Source of the DNA: Candidatus Shapirobacteria bacterium
Lineage (GTDB): Bacteria > Patescibacteriota > Microgenomatia > UBA12405
Assembly: GCA_041649835.1 (NCBI GenBank)
Contig: JBAZML010000002.1
Location: 3,318-67,317, forward strand
Length of the DNA: 64,000 nt
Direction: 5' to 3'
The notes beneath the pieces were generated by a model that searched no databases, was not told the origin of the DNA, and saw only the letters and a list, made by a program, of their open reading frames with translations. The translations under genes and the position numbers were made by a program. Within the stretch, counting starts at the first letter, position 1. Each line of letters begins with the position of its first letter. Below, piece by piece: positions 63,840-64,000 of the stretch.

Positions 63840-64000
63840 TTACTTTATCCTTGTATATACACCGCAATGGTCAGAGACAAAAGGGCCATTAGCGCCATTA
63901 AATATAATCTTCGTTTCCAGTATTTTAAACTCTGAACCTATAAAAATGTAATCTATTTTGTAATCATTTCTGCCTACATAATCACAATATGGGTTGTTCC
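63840..64000 (-). CDS. hypothetical protein, 5' part beyond window edge
   Basis: Open minus-strand frame to window end; stop TAA abuts ATG of ORF 63839 (TAAATG). Confidence 0.3.
   Translation of the reverse strand, partial: NNPYCDYVGRNDYKIDYIFIGSEFKILETKIIFNGANGPFVSDHCGVYTRIK

Overview
This window is a 64 kb segment of a contractile-tailed (myovirus-type) dsDNA phage genome. It is AT-rich, uses Firmicute-style GGAGG ribosome-binding sites, and has four strand-switched gene blocks. Core modules are T4-like: the right arm (52.2-64 kb, minus strand) carries a gp23-like major capsid protein, a scaffold, a gp21-like prohead protease, a portal, a gp17-like large terminase and a gp12-like short tail fibre with a collar domain. 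The middle block (16.5-38 kb, minus strand) is a complete tail/baseplate module. It contains sheath, gp19-like tube, a chaperone with a -1 frameshift, a tape-measure protein with SLT and NlpC/P60 domains, a gp5-like spike, gp25-like and baseplate-J-like proteins, and tail fibres. It ends with a gp55-like late sigma factor. T4-style TATAAATA late promoters sit at the expected distances upstream of late genes. Two accessory islands stand out on the left arm (plus strand). The first (0.7-9.6 kb) is a sugar-modification cluster of two paralogous CgeB-like glycosyltransferases, two SAM methyltransferases, an SDR epimerase and a metallophosphoesterase. The second (10.6-16.5 kb) is an intact PrkA / YhbH(YeaH) / SpoVR(YcgB) triad, the conserved sporulation and stress-response trio, here phage-borne and preceded by late-promoter motifs. 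It has a MazG-like gene inserted between YhbH and SpoVR. The early/middle region (38.2-52.2 kb, plus strand) contains at least seven copies of a conserved promoter-leader cassette. It also holds tandem paralogous small genes, many small zinc-ribbon proteins, a DHH-DHHA1 phosphoesterase, an ATP-dependent DNA ligase, a HAD nucleotidase-like protein and several nuclease-fold proteins, including an HNH/NUMOD3 homing-endonuclease-like gene next to the capsid gene. No rRNA, tRNA or CRISPR array was recognised by eye.
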